DNA of 64,000 nt from Dehalococcoidia bacterium (GCA_963662615.2 CAXXSR010000001.1:1088001-1152000), one strand, 5' to 3'; shown: positions 37,343 through 50,044, counted from the stretch's first letter. Numbers and translations are program-made. Notes: a model not told the origin generated them from the letters alone.

Positions 37343-37612
37343 TTACCCGGTCCCCTCCCGCCGCCCCTGCTCCTCCAGCAGCTCCCGGATCCGCCGCAGC
37401 TCCTCCGTCATCGCGTCCAGGTCCCCCATCATTCGCCGCGGCCCGAACCCCTGCGGCATCGCCTCCTGGACGCGATGCGGCATCTCGATCACCCGCGCCT
37501 TCACCCCCGGCGCCGCCCGCTTCGCGACAAGCAGCACCAGGATCGAGACCGCGACCCCCGTTGCCACGAACAGACTCCCGGCAACGACCAGCCCAATGGC
37601 CACCCGGTTCAT
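37343..37612 (-). CDS. Small single-TM hypothetical protein
   Basis: AAGAAGGGG SD, hydrophobic N-terminus and C-terminal ELRRIRELLE helix. Confidence 0.65.
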   Translation of the reverse strand: MNRVAIGLVVAGSLFVATGVAVSILVLLVAKRAAPGVKARVIEMPHRVQEAMPQGFGPRRMMGDLDAMTEELRRIRELLEEQGRREGTG

Positions 37613-37741
37613 GCAAACCCCCTTCTTCAATGCTCGACCTGACCCGCCAGATGCCGGGAGTGTACTGTCACTCCCCGGGCCCACCACACGTGCGGGCCAG
37701 TCTCTAGTTATGTCGTCACCGCACGCGGCCGCACGACTTGA

Positions 37742-37770
37742 TTGTGAGTCCTCTTACCGCGTGTTATAGT
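37742..37770 (+). promoter_or_regulatory. Orphan sigma-70-type promoter
   Basis: TTGTGA-17 nt-TATAGT with TG extension; no credible downstream CDS. Confidence 0.5.
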
Positions 37771-37845
37771 TCTCACTTAGGAGACTTCAACGCCAACCGT
37801 CTCCACTCTGTCCCGAGGCAGTCCCGCCCCTGTCCCTTGCCTGTC

Positions 37846-37902
37846 GCAGCCCTGTCCGCAGCCCTGTCCGCTGCCCGTCCGCTGCCCGTCCGCTGCCTGT
37901 CC
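37846..37902. repeat. 11-12-nt C-rich tandem array (GCWGCCC(T)GTCC x5)
   Basis: Direct reading. Confidence 0.8.
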
Positions 37903-38089
37903 TCCTCCAGTCCCTTCCCTGTCCGCCGATGTCCGCCTCCCCGCTGCAAAATCGTGCAAGATCCTGCCGAATCCGCGACGATTTCAGCCCCTGAAACACA
38001 CTCCGCGGCCCTCGCCCATCTGGCAGACGGCCGGGGAAACGCCGCGCCGGCAAAAAAAATCGCGGGCTCGTGCTCGCGACCAACGAGAG

Positions 38090-38110
38090 AGGCCGCCCAT
38101 CGGGCGGCCT
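38090..38110. terminator. Hairpin downstream of the DUF6159-like gene
   Basis: AGGCCGCCC-ATC-GGGCGGCCT; no U-tract. Confidence 0.45.
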
Positions 38111-38140
38111 TCACTGCCATACGGAGCCGCTGATAGCGGC

Positions 38141-38995
38141 TTAGCGCTGGTACCCGGACGTCCCGCCCGCCGTATACGCCCCCGCCAGCGTCTCGCGATC
38201 GTAGAACTGCGGCACGACGCCATCGGCCACGTAATCGTACAGCGCCGCCTTGAAGATCCCCTCCATCGCCAGCACCGTCCCCAGGCCAATTGCGAGCAGC
38301 GGCACACCCGCAAGGATGGCCGCGACGGGGGACAACGGCGCAAGAATAGCGATGACGATGACGGCGGGGACCACCGCCACGATCTGCAGGAGGCCGAAGC
38401 CAAAGTTCGATACGAGCTGCTCGCCCCAAGTCTTGCGGAAGAGGCCGGCGGAGCGCTTGATCGCCTCTTTCGGGCCCACACCCTCGACGATCAGCACGGG
38501 GATCACGAAGAACGTCGCGTAGGCCCAGGCCGCGCCGGCGAGACTAATGAAGATCCGCGCAATGAAGCTCCTACTCTGCAGCCGCGCATACGTCAGGAGA
38601 ATGAACACCACGCCCGCAATCAGCGACCACCCGAACACCGCGCCAATGTGCTTGTTCACCGCTGCGAAGCCGGTGCCCAGGTTGGGGTCGCCCCCCTTCA
38701 GCCGCACTCGCGCCGCGCCGATCAGGGCGGCGTTGAAGTAGTTGATCACGAAGAACGCGGCGAACAGCGCGAATACGCCGACCAGCACGTCGCCTGCTTG
38801 TACCTCGGCCTCTGCGCCCGCAGTGTCCAGACGGCCGAACGTGCCAATCGCCCCAAAAACTCCAGCCGCGATCCCCACCACCACCAGGACGCCAATGCCG
38901 GACATGACCGGGAAAAGGATCAGCTCCTTGTCCTTGCGCAGGACCAGCAAGGAGGTCTTCATCAGCTTCCAGGTGTTGCCGAGGGTGCGAAACAT
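38141..38995 (-). CDS. DUF6159-like membrane protein
   Basis: LRKDKELILFP, YFNAAL, FFVIPVL, KRSAGLFRKTWGE and IFKAALY motifs. Confidence 0.8.
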   Translation of the reverse strand: MFRTLGNTWKLMKTSLLVLRKDKELILFPVMSGIGVLVVVGIAAGVFGAIGTFGRLDTAGAEAEVQAGDVLVGVFALFAAFFVINYFNAALIGAARVRLKGGDPNLGTGFAAVNKHIGAVFGWSLIAGVVFILLTYARLQSRSFIARIFISLAGAAWAYATFFVIPVLIVEGVGPKEAIKRSAGLFRKTWGEQLVSNFGFGLLQIVAVVPAVIVIAILAPLSPVAAILAGVPLLAIGLGTVLAMEGIFKAALYDYVADGVVPQFYDRETLAGAYTAGGTSGYQR

Positions 38996-39087
38996 GGCGC
39001 GGACACTCTATACCACGACCTTCCTAGCGTCAGCCGCGGTCAACGGGACGCGGATCAGCGGCTCTTGGCGCCGGCGCGCCGCCTCGA

Positions 39088-41850
39088 CTACTGCTCTTCA
39101 GCGACGGTGGCGGACTGCAACGGCTCCATGTCGCGCCAGTTCGGCCCCCGCTTCATCTCGATCTTCAGCGGCACCACCATCTCGATCGCCCGCGGCATGA
39201 TCTCTTGCAGGATCGCCGCCACGTCCGCCACCTCCCGCTCAGGCAGCTCAAAGATCAGTTCGTCGTGGACCTGCAGGATCATCCGCGCCGCCAGCTCACG
39301 CTCCCGCAGCGCAGCGAAGATGCGCAACATCGCCAGCTTCATCACGTCCGCCGCCGTGCCCTGCACGGGCATATTGACGGCGACCCGCTCCGCCGCCGAC
39401 CGCACCTGGAAGTTGGACGAGCGGATCTCCGGGATCCGCCGGCGCCGGCCCAGCAGCGTCTCTCCGTACGCGCGCTCCCGCACCGACTCCTTCACTTCCT
39501 CGATCCATTCCTGCACTCGGGCGAACCGTCCGAAGTAGGCATCAATGAACGCTTGGGCATCCTGTCGTTCCATGCCCGACCGCTGCGACAGGCCGTGCGC
39601 CGTCAGACCGTAGATCACGCCGAAGTTCATCATCTTCGCCACCCGGCGCATCTCCGGCTCCACCTCCGCCTGCCCCACCCCGTACACCCCCGACGCTGTC
39701 GCCGCGTGGATGTCCTCGTCGTTTTGGAACGCCTCGATCAGCACCGGATCACCCGACAGGTGCGCCAGCACCCGCAGCTCAATCTGCGAGTAGTCCGCGC
39801 CCAGAAAGAGCACGTCGTCGCCGTCGTGCGCCACGAAGGCGGCGCGGATCTCCCGCCCCATCTCGGTCCGCACGGGAATGTTCTGCAAGTTTGGATTCTC
39901 CGACGACAACCGCCCCGTCGCCGCCACCGTCTGGTTGTAATCCGTGTGAATCCGCCCCGTGCGCTGATTGATCAACGCCGGCAGCGTGTTCACGTAGGTG
40001 GACTTCAGCTTCGTCAGCTCGCGGTACTGCAGGACCTGCTCCACCACCGGATGCACGTTCGTCAACCGCTCCAGCGAGCGCGCATCAGTGCTGTAGCCCT
40101 GCGTCGTCTTGCGCGACTTGGGCAGCTTCAGCTCTTCAAACAGCACCTCGCTCAACTGCTTGGGCGAGCTGACGTTGAACTCCCGGCCCACCTGCTGATG
40201 GATCCGCGCCTCCGTCGCGCCCACCTCCGTATCCAGCGTTGCGGAGAGGTGCTCCAACGCCGACGGTTCCAGGGTCACGCCGCGGCGTTCCATCGCCGCC
40301 AGCACTTCGACCAGCGGCAGCTCGACGTTCCCGTACAGCTCGAACAGCTGCGGCTCCTTCTCGAACTCCTCCGCGTACACGGCGGCCAGCCGCAACGTCA
40401 TGTCGGCGTCCGCGGCCGCGTACGGGCCCGCCTGCCCCGCCGGCACTTCCGTCATCGAGATCTGGCTCTTGCCCGTGCCGATCAGCTCCTCAATCGCCGT
40501 CATCGTCACGCCCAGCCGCTCCAGGGCCAGCGTCTTCAACCCGATCGACTGCTCGCCCAGCAGGTACGCGGCGATCATCGTGTCGTGCCGGAGACCGCGC
40601 AGCGTCACGCCGTGCCCGGCCAGCACCTTCAGGTCGAACTTCGCGTTGTGCAGCGCCTTGGGGATCTGCGCGTCCTCCAGCACGGGGCGCAGCAGCTCCT
40701 TCGCCTCTTCCGACGACAGCAGCGGCTCTCCGTCATCGGCGTGTTTCACGGGGACGTACGCCGCCTCCCCCGGCGCGACGGCGAGCGCGTACCCCGCGAT
40801 CTCGCACGTCATCGTGTCCACCCCGGACGTCTCCAGATCGACGGCCAGCAACGGGGCCCGCCGGGCCCGGTCCACCCAGCCCCGCAGCGCCGCCGCCGTC
40901 CGCACGACCTCGTAGTGCGTCTCCACGGCCGGCTCGCGTCCTTCCGCGGACAGGACGGCCGCGGCGCCGCCCACCGTCTCCGGCAGCCGATCAATCAGGC
41001 TGCGAAACTCCAACGCTTGAAAGAGCTGCAGCACCGCACCGCGGTCGTAGTCCTGGACCTGGGCGGCATCGAGGTCCAGCTGCACCGGCACGTCGTGCGC
41101 AATCGTCGCCATCCGCTTCGAGTGCAGCGCCTGCTCGCGATTCTCGCGCAGCGCCTTCTGCGCGCGGGCCGGCTTCACCTCATCCAGCCGTTCGTAGATC
41201 TCCTCCACCGTCCGGTACTCGTTGAGCAGCTTGATCGCCGTCTTCTCGCCGATCCCCGGCACGCCGGGAATGTTGTCGGACGTGTCGCCCTTCAACCCCT
41301 TGAAATCAATGATCTGAATCGGGTCGATCCCGTAGCGGTCGCGCACCTTCTCCGCCGAGTCGTAGCGCACGGTGTCGCGCTGGTAGGGCCGGTACATGAA
41401 CACGTTGACGCCGGGCCGCACCAACTGGATCAGGTCACTGTCCAGCGTCGCGATCCAGGTTTCCACGTCTTGCTCCGCCGCCTGATCGGCCAGCGCCGCC
41501 AGCACGTCGTCCGCCTCATAGCCGGGCGCCTCGAAGATGGGGATGTTGAACGCGCCGATCAGATCCCGGCAACGATCGATCTGGGGCGGGAGATCCTCCG
41601 GCGGCGGCGGCCGGTTGGCTTTGTAGTTCGCGTCCGCCTCGTGGCGGAACGTCGGCTCCGGGGTATCCATCGCCACAGCGATGTGCGTCGGCTTCAGCTC
41701 GTCCAGCACGCTCAGCAGCGTGTTGGCAAATCCGTACACCGCCGTCACGACCTCGCCCGTCTTCCGCACCACCAGCGGCTCGCGCACCGCGAAGTAGGCG
41801 CGAAAGATGATGCCGTGCCCGTCCAGAATCACGAATTTCGACTCGGCCAT
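39088..41850 (-). CDS. polA: DNA polymerase I
   Basis: 5'-3' exonuclease (LDGH, YEADD, GDTSDNIPGV), DYSQIELR, FGVIYG and QVHDE motifs. Confidence 0.98.
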   Translation of the reverse strand: MAESKFVILDGHGIIFRAYFAVREPLVVRKTGEVVTAVYGFANTLLSVLDELKPTHIAVAMDTPEPTFRHEADANYKANRPPPPEDLPPQIDRCRDLIGAFNIPIFEAPGYEADDVLAALADQAAEQDVETWIATLDSDLIQLVRPGVNVFMYRPYQRDTVRYDSAEKVRDRYGIDPIQIIDFKGLKGDTSDNIPGVPGIGEKTAIKLLNEYRTVEEIYERLDEVKPARAQKALRENREQALHSKRMATIAHDVPVQLDLDAAQVQDYDRGAVLQLFQALEFRSLIDRLPETVGGAAAVLSAEGREPAVETHYEVVRTAAALRGWVDRARRAPLLAVDLETSGVDTMTCEIAGYALAVAPGEAAYVPVKHADDGEPLLSSEEAKELLRPVLEDAQIPKALHNAKFDLKVLAGHGVTLRGLRHDTMIAAYLLGEQSIGLKTLALERLGVTMTAIEELIGTGKSQISMTEVPAGQAGPYAAADADMTLRLAAVYAEEFEKEPQLFELYGNVELPLVEVLAAMERRGVTLEPSALEHLSATLDTEVGATEARIHQQVGREFNVSSPKQLSEVLFEELKLPKSRKTTQGYSTDARSLERLTNVHPVVEQVLQYRELTKLKSTYVNTLPALINQRTGRIHTDYNQTVAATGRLSSENPNLQNIPVRTEMGREIRAAFVAHDGDDVLFLGADYSQIELRVLAHLSGDPVLIEAFQNDEDIHAATASGVYGVGQAEVEPEMRRVAKMMNFGVIYGLTAHGLSQRSGMERQDAQAFIDAYFGRFARVQEWIEEVKESVRERAYGETLLGRRRRIPEIRSSNFQVRSAAERVAVNMPVQGTAADVMKLAMLRIFAALRERELAARMILQVHDELIFELPEREVADVAAILQEIMPRAIEMVVPLKIEMKRGPNWRDMEPLQSATVAEEQ

Positions 41851-41895
41851 CGCACTGATCCCGTCGCAAGTATACGGGCCGAGCTGGCCATAAAG

Positions 41896-42100
41896 CCGCT
41901 CACCCTGACCTGTCCTTGCCTCCTGGGAAGGAGCCTGTCGAAGGGTCGGCGGCGAGTCCCCCCGTTCGTCCTGAGCCTGCCTGTCCTGAGCTTGCCGAAG
42001 GGGCGAAGGGCGCCGACATCGTCCTGATCATCGTGCCCCGGCGCGAGCGCTCACAAACCCCGCGCGAGCCCAGACGAGTCGCGAGCGCGGGCCAAAAACT
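41896..42100 (+). repeat. Composite REP-like element, copy 5, with a nested REP
   Basis: CCGTTCGTCCTGAGCCTG[CCTGTCCTGAGCTTGCCGAAGGGG]CGAAGGGCG plus the other modules. Confidence 0.8.
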
Positions 42101-42104
42101 TCTC

Positions 42105-42737
42105 CTACCGAATGACCAACTCCAGGTCCACACCGTTGCCGGCCCGCGCCAGCTGAGGCAGGCAGGCGCCGCAGGCGAGGTTGAAGTCCACCCGTTGATC
42201 GCCGGCGAATCGCAGGCCCACCGCCTCGCTTTCGCCCGGCGCGAGGTCGAACCGCAACACCGTGCGCCCGCGCCCCACGACGGCGCCCGTACGCAACGCC
42301 CCCGCCTGCCGGCGGCCGCTCTCATTGACCACGTGCAGATCGCTTCGCGGCGCCGCCGCTTCCCCCGTCGACAGGATGAACACGACGATCCGCTGTCCCG
42401 CCGCGACGGCGAAGGGCGCGCCCCGACAGCCGATGCAAGTCGCCACGTAGTCCGTCGGCTCCATGGCCGCCGCCAGCGAGAACGTGCTCGCGCTCCCCGC
42501 ATCGACCGTGTGCATCGACAGCGCGATCGTCCCGCCGGCCGCCGTTACCAAGCTCAGCTGGACGCGCCGCTCCACGGCGGACGGGTTCAACAGCGTCACG
42601 ATGGCGGCGTCGGCGTCCTGCTCGGCTTCCTGGGACGGGGCTTCCTGTGACCAAGCCGCCCACAGCGCTCCCGTCGCGCTCACGCCCGCCAGCAACACGA
42701 CTCCCACCATCACCGCGGCGAGGCGACGAACGCCCAT
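42105..42737 (-). CDS. Secreted hypothetical protein with two CxxC-bearing beta-rich repeats
   Basis: Signal-peptide-like N-terminus; CIGC and CGAC in equivalent positions of the two halves. Confidence 0.7.
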   Translation of the reverse strand: MGVRRLAAVMVGVVLLAGVSATGALWAAWSQEAPSQEAEQDADAAIVTLLNPSAVERRVQLSLVTAAGGTIALSMHTVDAGSASTFSLAAAMEPTDYVATCIGCRGAPFAVAAGQRIVVFILSTGEAAAPRSDLHVVNESGRRQAGALRTGAVVGRGRTVLRFDLAPGESEAVGLRFAGDQRVDFNLACGACLPQLARAGNGVDLELVIR

Positions 42738-42826
42738 CGCATCCCCCTCTACGCCGCCATCCCGCGGCGCCTACGCTCAGACAATCCGCTCACACGATCC
42801 GCCCACACGATCCGATCGCCGGCATC

Positions 42827-42840
42827 CGAACGCCTGTTCG
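42827..42840 (+). promoter_or_regulatory. LexA (SOS) box upstream of uvrA
   Basis: CGAAC-GCCT-GTTCG matches the GAAC-N4-GTTC type; TAGACT -10 at 42857-42862. Confidence 0.8.
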
Positions 42841-42928
42841 CTGCCTGCCGCCGATGATAGACTCGTCACGAACCCATCCAGGCAGCTCCCGCGCCGCTGC
42901 CCGGCGACCGACGCGAGGAACATCGCCC

Positions 42929-46000
<3,072 letters not shown>

Positions 46001-46183
46001 CCTGCATCACGGGTCGGACCGAGAGGCTCGCCGACGGGCGCTGCTCTCTGGGGTGCCAAGGTGTTGCGAGAGCCGAGCAGACCGTATATGACGTATATGT
46101 GCAACTGTTGAGGGTGGCGTCTGCCAGCCACGACTGAGCCAGGCGGGGCCGCGGGCAGCGAGCCGCGGGAGGAATAAGCAACC

Positions 46184-46465
46184 ATGACGTACACCATCGC
46201 CGAGCCCTGCATCGACGTCAAAGACCAGTCCTGCGTGGAGGTCTGCCCCGTCGACTGCATTCACGCCGACGACGAGGACCGCATCCTCTACATCAGTCCC
46301 GATGAGTGCATCGACTGCGGGGCCTGCGAACCGGCCTGCCCGGTGACCGCCATCTTCGCCGAGGACGACGTCCCCGAGGAGTGGCAGACCTACACGGAAA
46401 TCAACGCGCTCTGGTTTGAGGACAAAGACGGGGCGCGGGCCAAGGTGGCGGAAATCGCTCCCTAA
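46184..46465 (+). CDS. 7Fe/4Fe-4S dicluster ferredoxin
   Basis: MTYTIAEPC...CVEVCPVDC...CIDCGACEPACP; GGAGG SD. Confidence 0.95.
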   Translation: MTYTIAEPCIDVKDQSCVEVCPVDCIHADDEDRILYISPDECIDCGACEPACPVTAIFAEDDVPEEWQTYTEINALWFEDKDGARAKVAEIAP

Positions 46466-46481
46466 GGACGCCGCCTCGTCG

Positions 46482-47801
46482 CTAGAACCCCAGCTTACCG
46501 CGGACCGCGTCCACGATCTCCGGCACGGCCACCCGAACCTGCTCCTGCGTATCTCGATCGCGGATGGTCACCGCGTTGTCCTCCAGCGAGTCGAAGTCAA
46601 CGGTGACGCAGAGCGGCGTGCCCGCCTCGTCCTGCCGCCGGTAGCGGCGTCCAATGCTCTGCGTCTCGTCAAGCTGCGTGGCCCAATGAGGCCGCAGCCT
46701 GGCCCAAACGTCCTGCGTTAGGGGCATCAGCGCCTCCCGCTTGCTGAGGGGCAAAACCGCCACCTTGATCGGGGCCAGGCGCGGGTGAAACTTGAGAATG
46801 ACGCGGTCATCTCCCTTTTCGTCAGGCTCCACGGTGTAGGCGTCGCAGAGGAAGGCAAGCATGATCCGGTCCACCCCCGCCGAAGGCTCCACCACGTAGG
46901 GCACCAGGTGCTCCTTGGTATCGGGGTCGAAGTAGGCCAAGCGCTTGCCGCTGTGTTGGGAATGCGCCTTGAGGTCAAAGTCAGTCCGATTGGCGATGCC
47001 CTCCAGCTCCTGCCAGCCCCAGGGGAAGCGGTACTGGATGTCCGTGGTGCCGGCGGAGTAGTGGGAGAGCTTCTCCGGCGGATGCACGTCGCGACGGAGG
47101 TTCTCGCGGCGCATCCCCAGGTCCGCATACCACTGCTCGCGTAGTTCGATCCAACGCTGGTACCAGGAGTCCGCCTCCGCGGGATGGACAAAGAACTCCA
47201 GCTCCATCTGTTCAAACTCGCGCGTCCGGAAGATGAAGTTACCCGGCGTGATCTCGTTGCGGAACGCCTTGCCCTGCTGAGCGATGCCGAAGGGCAGCCG
47301 GCGCCGGCTGCTGGTCAGGACATTCTCAAAATTCACGAAGATGCCTTGGGCGGTCTCGGGCCGCAGGTAGGCCACGCTGGCCTCATCTTCCACCGGGCCG
47401 ACCTGGGTCTTGAACATCAAGCTGAACTGACGCGGCGGCGTCATGGAATCCACCGCGCCGCAGTGGGGACAGGCGTTGCCGGCCAGCTCGTCGTGGCGAA
47501 AGCGCTGTTTGCATTCGCGGCAGTCCACCAGCGGATCGGAGAAGCTCGAGAGGTGGCCGCTGGCTGTCCAGACCTGGGGGGCCATCAAGATGGCCGAGTC
47601 AAGGCCAACGACGTCGCGGCGCTCCCACACCATCGCGCGCCACCACTGCTCGCGGATGTTGCGCTTCAGCTCCACGCCCAGCGGCCCGTAGTCATAGGTG
47701 GAGCCAAAGCCGCCGTAGATCTCGCTGCTGGGGAACACGAAGCCGCGCCGCTTGGCCAGCGAGACAATCGTTTCCAAGGTGAGCGGAGAGGCGGTCGCCA
47801 T
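46482..47801 (-). CDS. glyQS: Glycine--tRNA ligase (alpha2 type)
   Basis: KRRGFVF, LRPETAQGIF, FRNEI, ELEGIA, EPSAG and IGRRYRRQDE motifs. Confidence 0.97.
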   Translation of the reverse strand: MATASPLTLETIVSLAKRRGFVFPSSEIYGGFGSTYDYGPLGVELKRNIREQWWRAMVWERRDVVGLDSAILMAPQVWTASGHLSSFSDPLVDCRECKQRFRHDELAGNACPHCGAVDSMTPPRQFSLMFKTQVGPVEDEASVAYLRPETAQGIFVNFENVLTSSRRRLPFGIAQQGKAFRNEITPGNFIFRTREFEQMELEFFVHPAEADSWYQRWIELREQWYADLGMRRENLRRDVHPPEKLSHYSAGTTDIQYRFPWGWQELEGIANRTDFDLKAHSQHSGKRLAYFDPDTKEHLVPYVVEPSAGVDRIMLAFLCDAYTVEPDEKGDDRVILKFHPRLAPIKVAVLPLSKREALMPLTQDVWARLRPHWATQLDETQSIGRRYRRQDEAGTPLCVTVDFDSLEDNAVTIRDRDTQEQVRVAVPEIVDAVRGKLGF

Positions 47802-47982
47802 CGGTCGCTCCCTCTCTGGTGGGGATTCGGGGGCTGGGAGAGCGCGTACGCTCACGCTACCAGCGGGCGCCGACCCCGGCAATTGGCCGCGACGCTCGCA
47901 CCGCACATCATTGACGTCCGTGGTTTGATGGAGCCCAACGCCGTGACGCGCGTTCGGGGAATCCGGAAGAGGAGGGAAGAGG

Positions 47983-48147
47983 GTGCGATTTCTGCTTGGC
48001 TTTCTCGTCGGCCTCGCCTCGGGCGTAGCGGTCGCCGCCCTCGCGGAGAGTGGCGCCCTGCCGGTGGCTCTGCCGCGGGCGCGGGGCCGGGCCACCCCGC
48101 CTGAAGCCACCGCGCATGAAGACACCGCCCATGAGGATCGCGAATGA
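47983..48147 (+). CDS. Small membrane protein (54 aa; not in the ORF track)
   Basis: GGAGGGA SD, then MRFLLGFLVGLASGVAVAALAE...HEDRE; the stop overlaps the next ATG (ATGA). Confidence 0.6.
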   Translation: MRFLLGFLVGLASGVAVAALAESGALPVALPRARGRATPPEATAHEDTAHEDRE

Positions 48148-48473
48148 AGGTGATCCTGATCGTCGCCGAGACCGCCGACGTGGATCACCTCTCCAACGAA
48201 TTGGTCGGCGCCGGCTATCCCGTCACCAAGCTCGGCAGCAGCGGCGGCCTCCTCCGCCGCGGGAATAGCACGCTGATCTCTGGCGTGCCCGACGATGCCG
48301 TGGATGGCGTGATCGAGATTGTGAGGCGCCTCACCCATGCCCGGACGGAACTGGTGCCCGTCCGTGAGCTGCCGTTGCTCGGTCAGCTTGACCTCACCCG
48401 CGAGCCGCTGGAGGTGCGCCGGGGCGGCGCCGTGATCTGGGTGCTGCCGGTGGACCGCTACGAGCGCTGCTAG
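48144..48473 (+). CDS. PII-like cyclic-di-AMP receptor (DarA/PstA family)
   Basis: TKLGSSGGLLRRGNSTL and EVRRGGAVIWV motifs. Confidence 0.85.
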   Translation: MKVILIVAETADVDHLSNELVGAGYPVTKLGSSGGLLRRGNSTLISGVPDDAVDGVIEIVRRLTHARTELVPVRELPLLGQLDLTREPLEVRRGGAVIWVLPVDRYERC

Positions 48474-49879
48474 CCCGTTTCGCCGTCCGCGCTCGCCGAC
48501 TCCTGGCCCAGGAGGTCCAGCATCACCTTCACCAAGAAGGGGTCCCACTGGCTGCCGGCGCCTGCCTCCAACATGGCTCGGGCATCCTTATGCGACAGCG
48601 CCTCCCGATAGGGGCGGCGTGAGGTCATGGCGACATACGCGTCGGCAATCGAGAGGATGCCGGCCTCCGTGGGGATCATGCTGCCGGACAACATCTCCGG
48701 ATAGCCATTGCCGTCCAGCCGCTCGTGGTGGGCGGCCACCCAGGCCGCCGCCGGCTCCAAGGCGGGCAGGCGCCGGAGGATCTCGGCGGAGAAGGCGGGG
48801 TGACTCTGCACGCGCTGCATCTCCTCGACCGTCAGGAGATCCCGCTTGACGAGGATGCGTGCCGGCACGCCCAACGCGCCCAGGTCGTTCCAGAGCGCCG
48901 CCAGAGCGATGCTCTCCGCCCGCGCGGGGCTCATATCGAGGCGAGTCGCCATCCCGCGGGCATAGTGGGCCACGCGCTGGGCACGGCCTCGCTCATGGCC
49001 CGCCTTGGCGTCCACCAGGTCCGCCGCCGCCTCGCTGAAGGACCACAGGAGGGCATCGCTGCTGGGCACGCCGGCGGCCGGCGCGTTCGTGAGGACCCGC
49101 TCGGCCACAGCATCGCCGTAGAAGCCGAGCCAGAAGGAGTCGTCTTCCGAAACCGCGGCGAGGGCAACGGCGATCCGCGGGTCGATCTCGCGGCCCGCCC
49201 AGGCGCGGATCGTGCGGCGGCAGCGGGCCCGCGCCGTCAGCGGGTTCGTTTCACCCGACACCACGCTCTCGAACAAGTCGGCGGCCCGGACCACGCGCCC
49301 CACCACGGGGATCGCCTCGCCCTTTGCGCTTGCCGGATAGCCGCTGCCATCCCAGTTCTCGTGGCTCGCCCGGACGGCCGCGTATGTGGCGTCCGGAAAC
49401 CACGGGGTGGTGAGAAACTCCGCCCCGGCGCTGACGTGGGTGGCCAGCACCTGTTGCACCAGGCCGCGGCTGCGCCGCGGCACCTCCGCCGCGTCCAGAT
49501 CGTTTTGGGGGGCGAAGCCGAAGATCAGCTCTTCATCAACGCCCGGCACGCCTAGCAGGCCCGCGGCCGCAATCGGCACGCCCACGTCATGGAGGAGTCC
49601 GGCGTGGAAGGCGGCGCGCCCCGCCTCATCGCCGAGAGCGAGCGCGCGTACCAGCAACGTTGCGATATAGCCCACGCGAGCGGCATGTCCGGGCTCACGC
49701 CCTTCCGCCGCGTCAAGCCCGAACGCGAAGGCGGTGACCAGTTCCGCCAGCGACGCGACGAGACCGGAGTCGGGCTGCAGCCCCTCCTGCCGGGCAACGC
49801 TTAAGGTGGTCACCGCTCTGCCCCCCACCCGCGCTCGGGCGCGCTCAATCGCCCTCCGGCGGCGCGCCATCCTGGGCAA
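48470..49879 (-). CDS. Tandem HD-GYP phosphodiesterase (start uncertain)
   Basis: LLHDVG...HENWDGSGYP, then a second domain LWNDLG...HHERLDGNGYP...RPYR. Confidence 0.88.
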   Translation of the reverse strand: MPRMARRRRAIERARARVGGRAVTTLSVARQEGLQPDSGLVASLAELVTAFAFGLDAAEGREPGHAARVGYIATLLVRALALGDEAGRAAFHAGLLHDVGVPIAAAGLLGVPGVDEELIFGFAPQNDLDAAEVPRRSRGLVQQVLATHVSAGAEFLTTPWFPDATYAAVRASHENWDGSGYPASAKGEAIPVVGRVVRAADLFESVVSGETNPLTARARCRRTIRAWAGREIDPRIAVALAAVSEDDSFWLGFYGDAVAERVLTNAPAAGVPSSDALLWSFSEAAADLVDAKAGHERGRAQRVAHYARGMATRLDMSPARAESIALAALWNDLGALGVPARILVKRDLLTVEEMQRVQSHPAFSAEILRRLPALEPAAAWVAAHHERLDGNGYPEMLSGSMIPTEAGILSIADAYVAMTSRRPYREALSHKDARAMLEAGAGSQWDPFLVKVMLDLLGQESASADGETG

Positions 49880-50044
49880 GCGCCACCCGCACTTCAGTTA
49901 TCGGCAGGTGCAGACAGAAGTCGTAGTGGAGGGGCCCGGTCCGAGCGGGGCGCGCTCGGCCCCGCTCGGTGCCCGCACAGGGACGGCCCCCTGGAACGAG
50001 GGATATCCCCGGCCCGCCCCCGGCGGCTCGCCCAGAGAATTCGC

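Noticed and set aside
46083-46110. CGTATATG direct repeat and CAACTGTTG palindrome before the ferredoxin as a named regulator site
   Set aside because: Plausible operator, but it matches no consensus I can name; kept only as part of the repeat observation.
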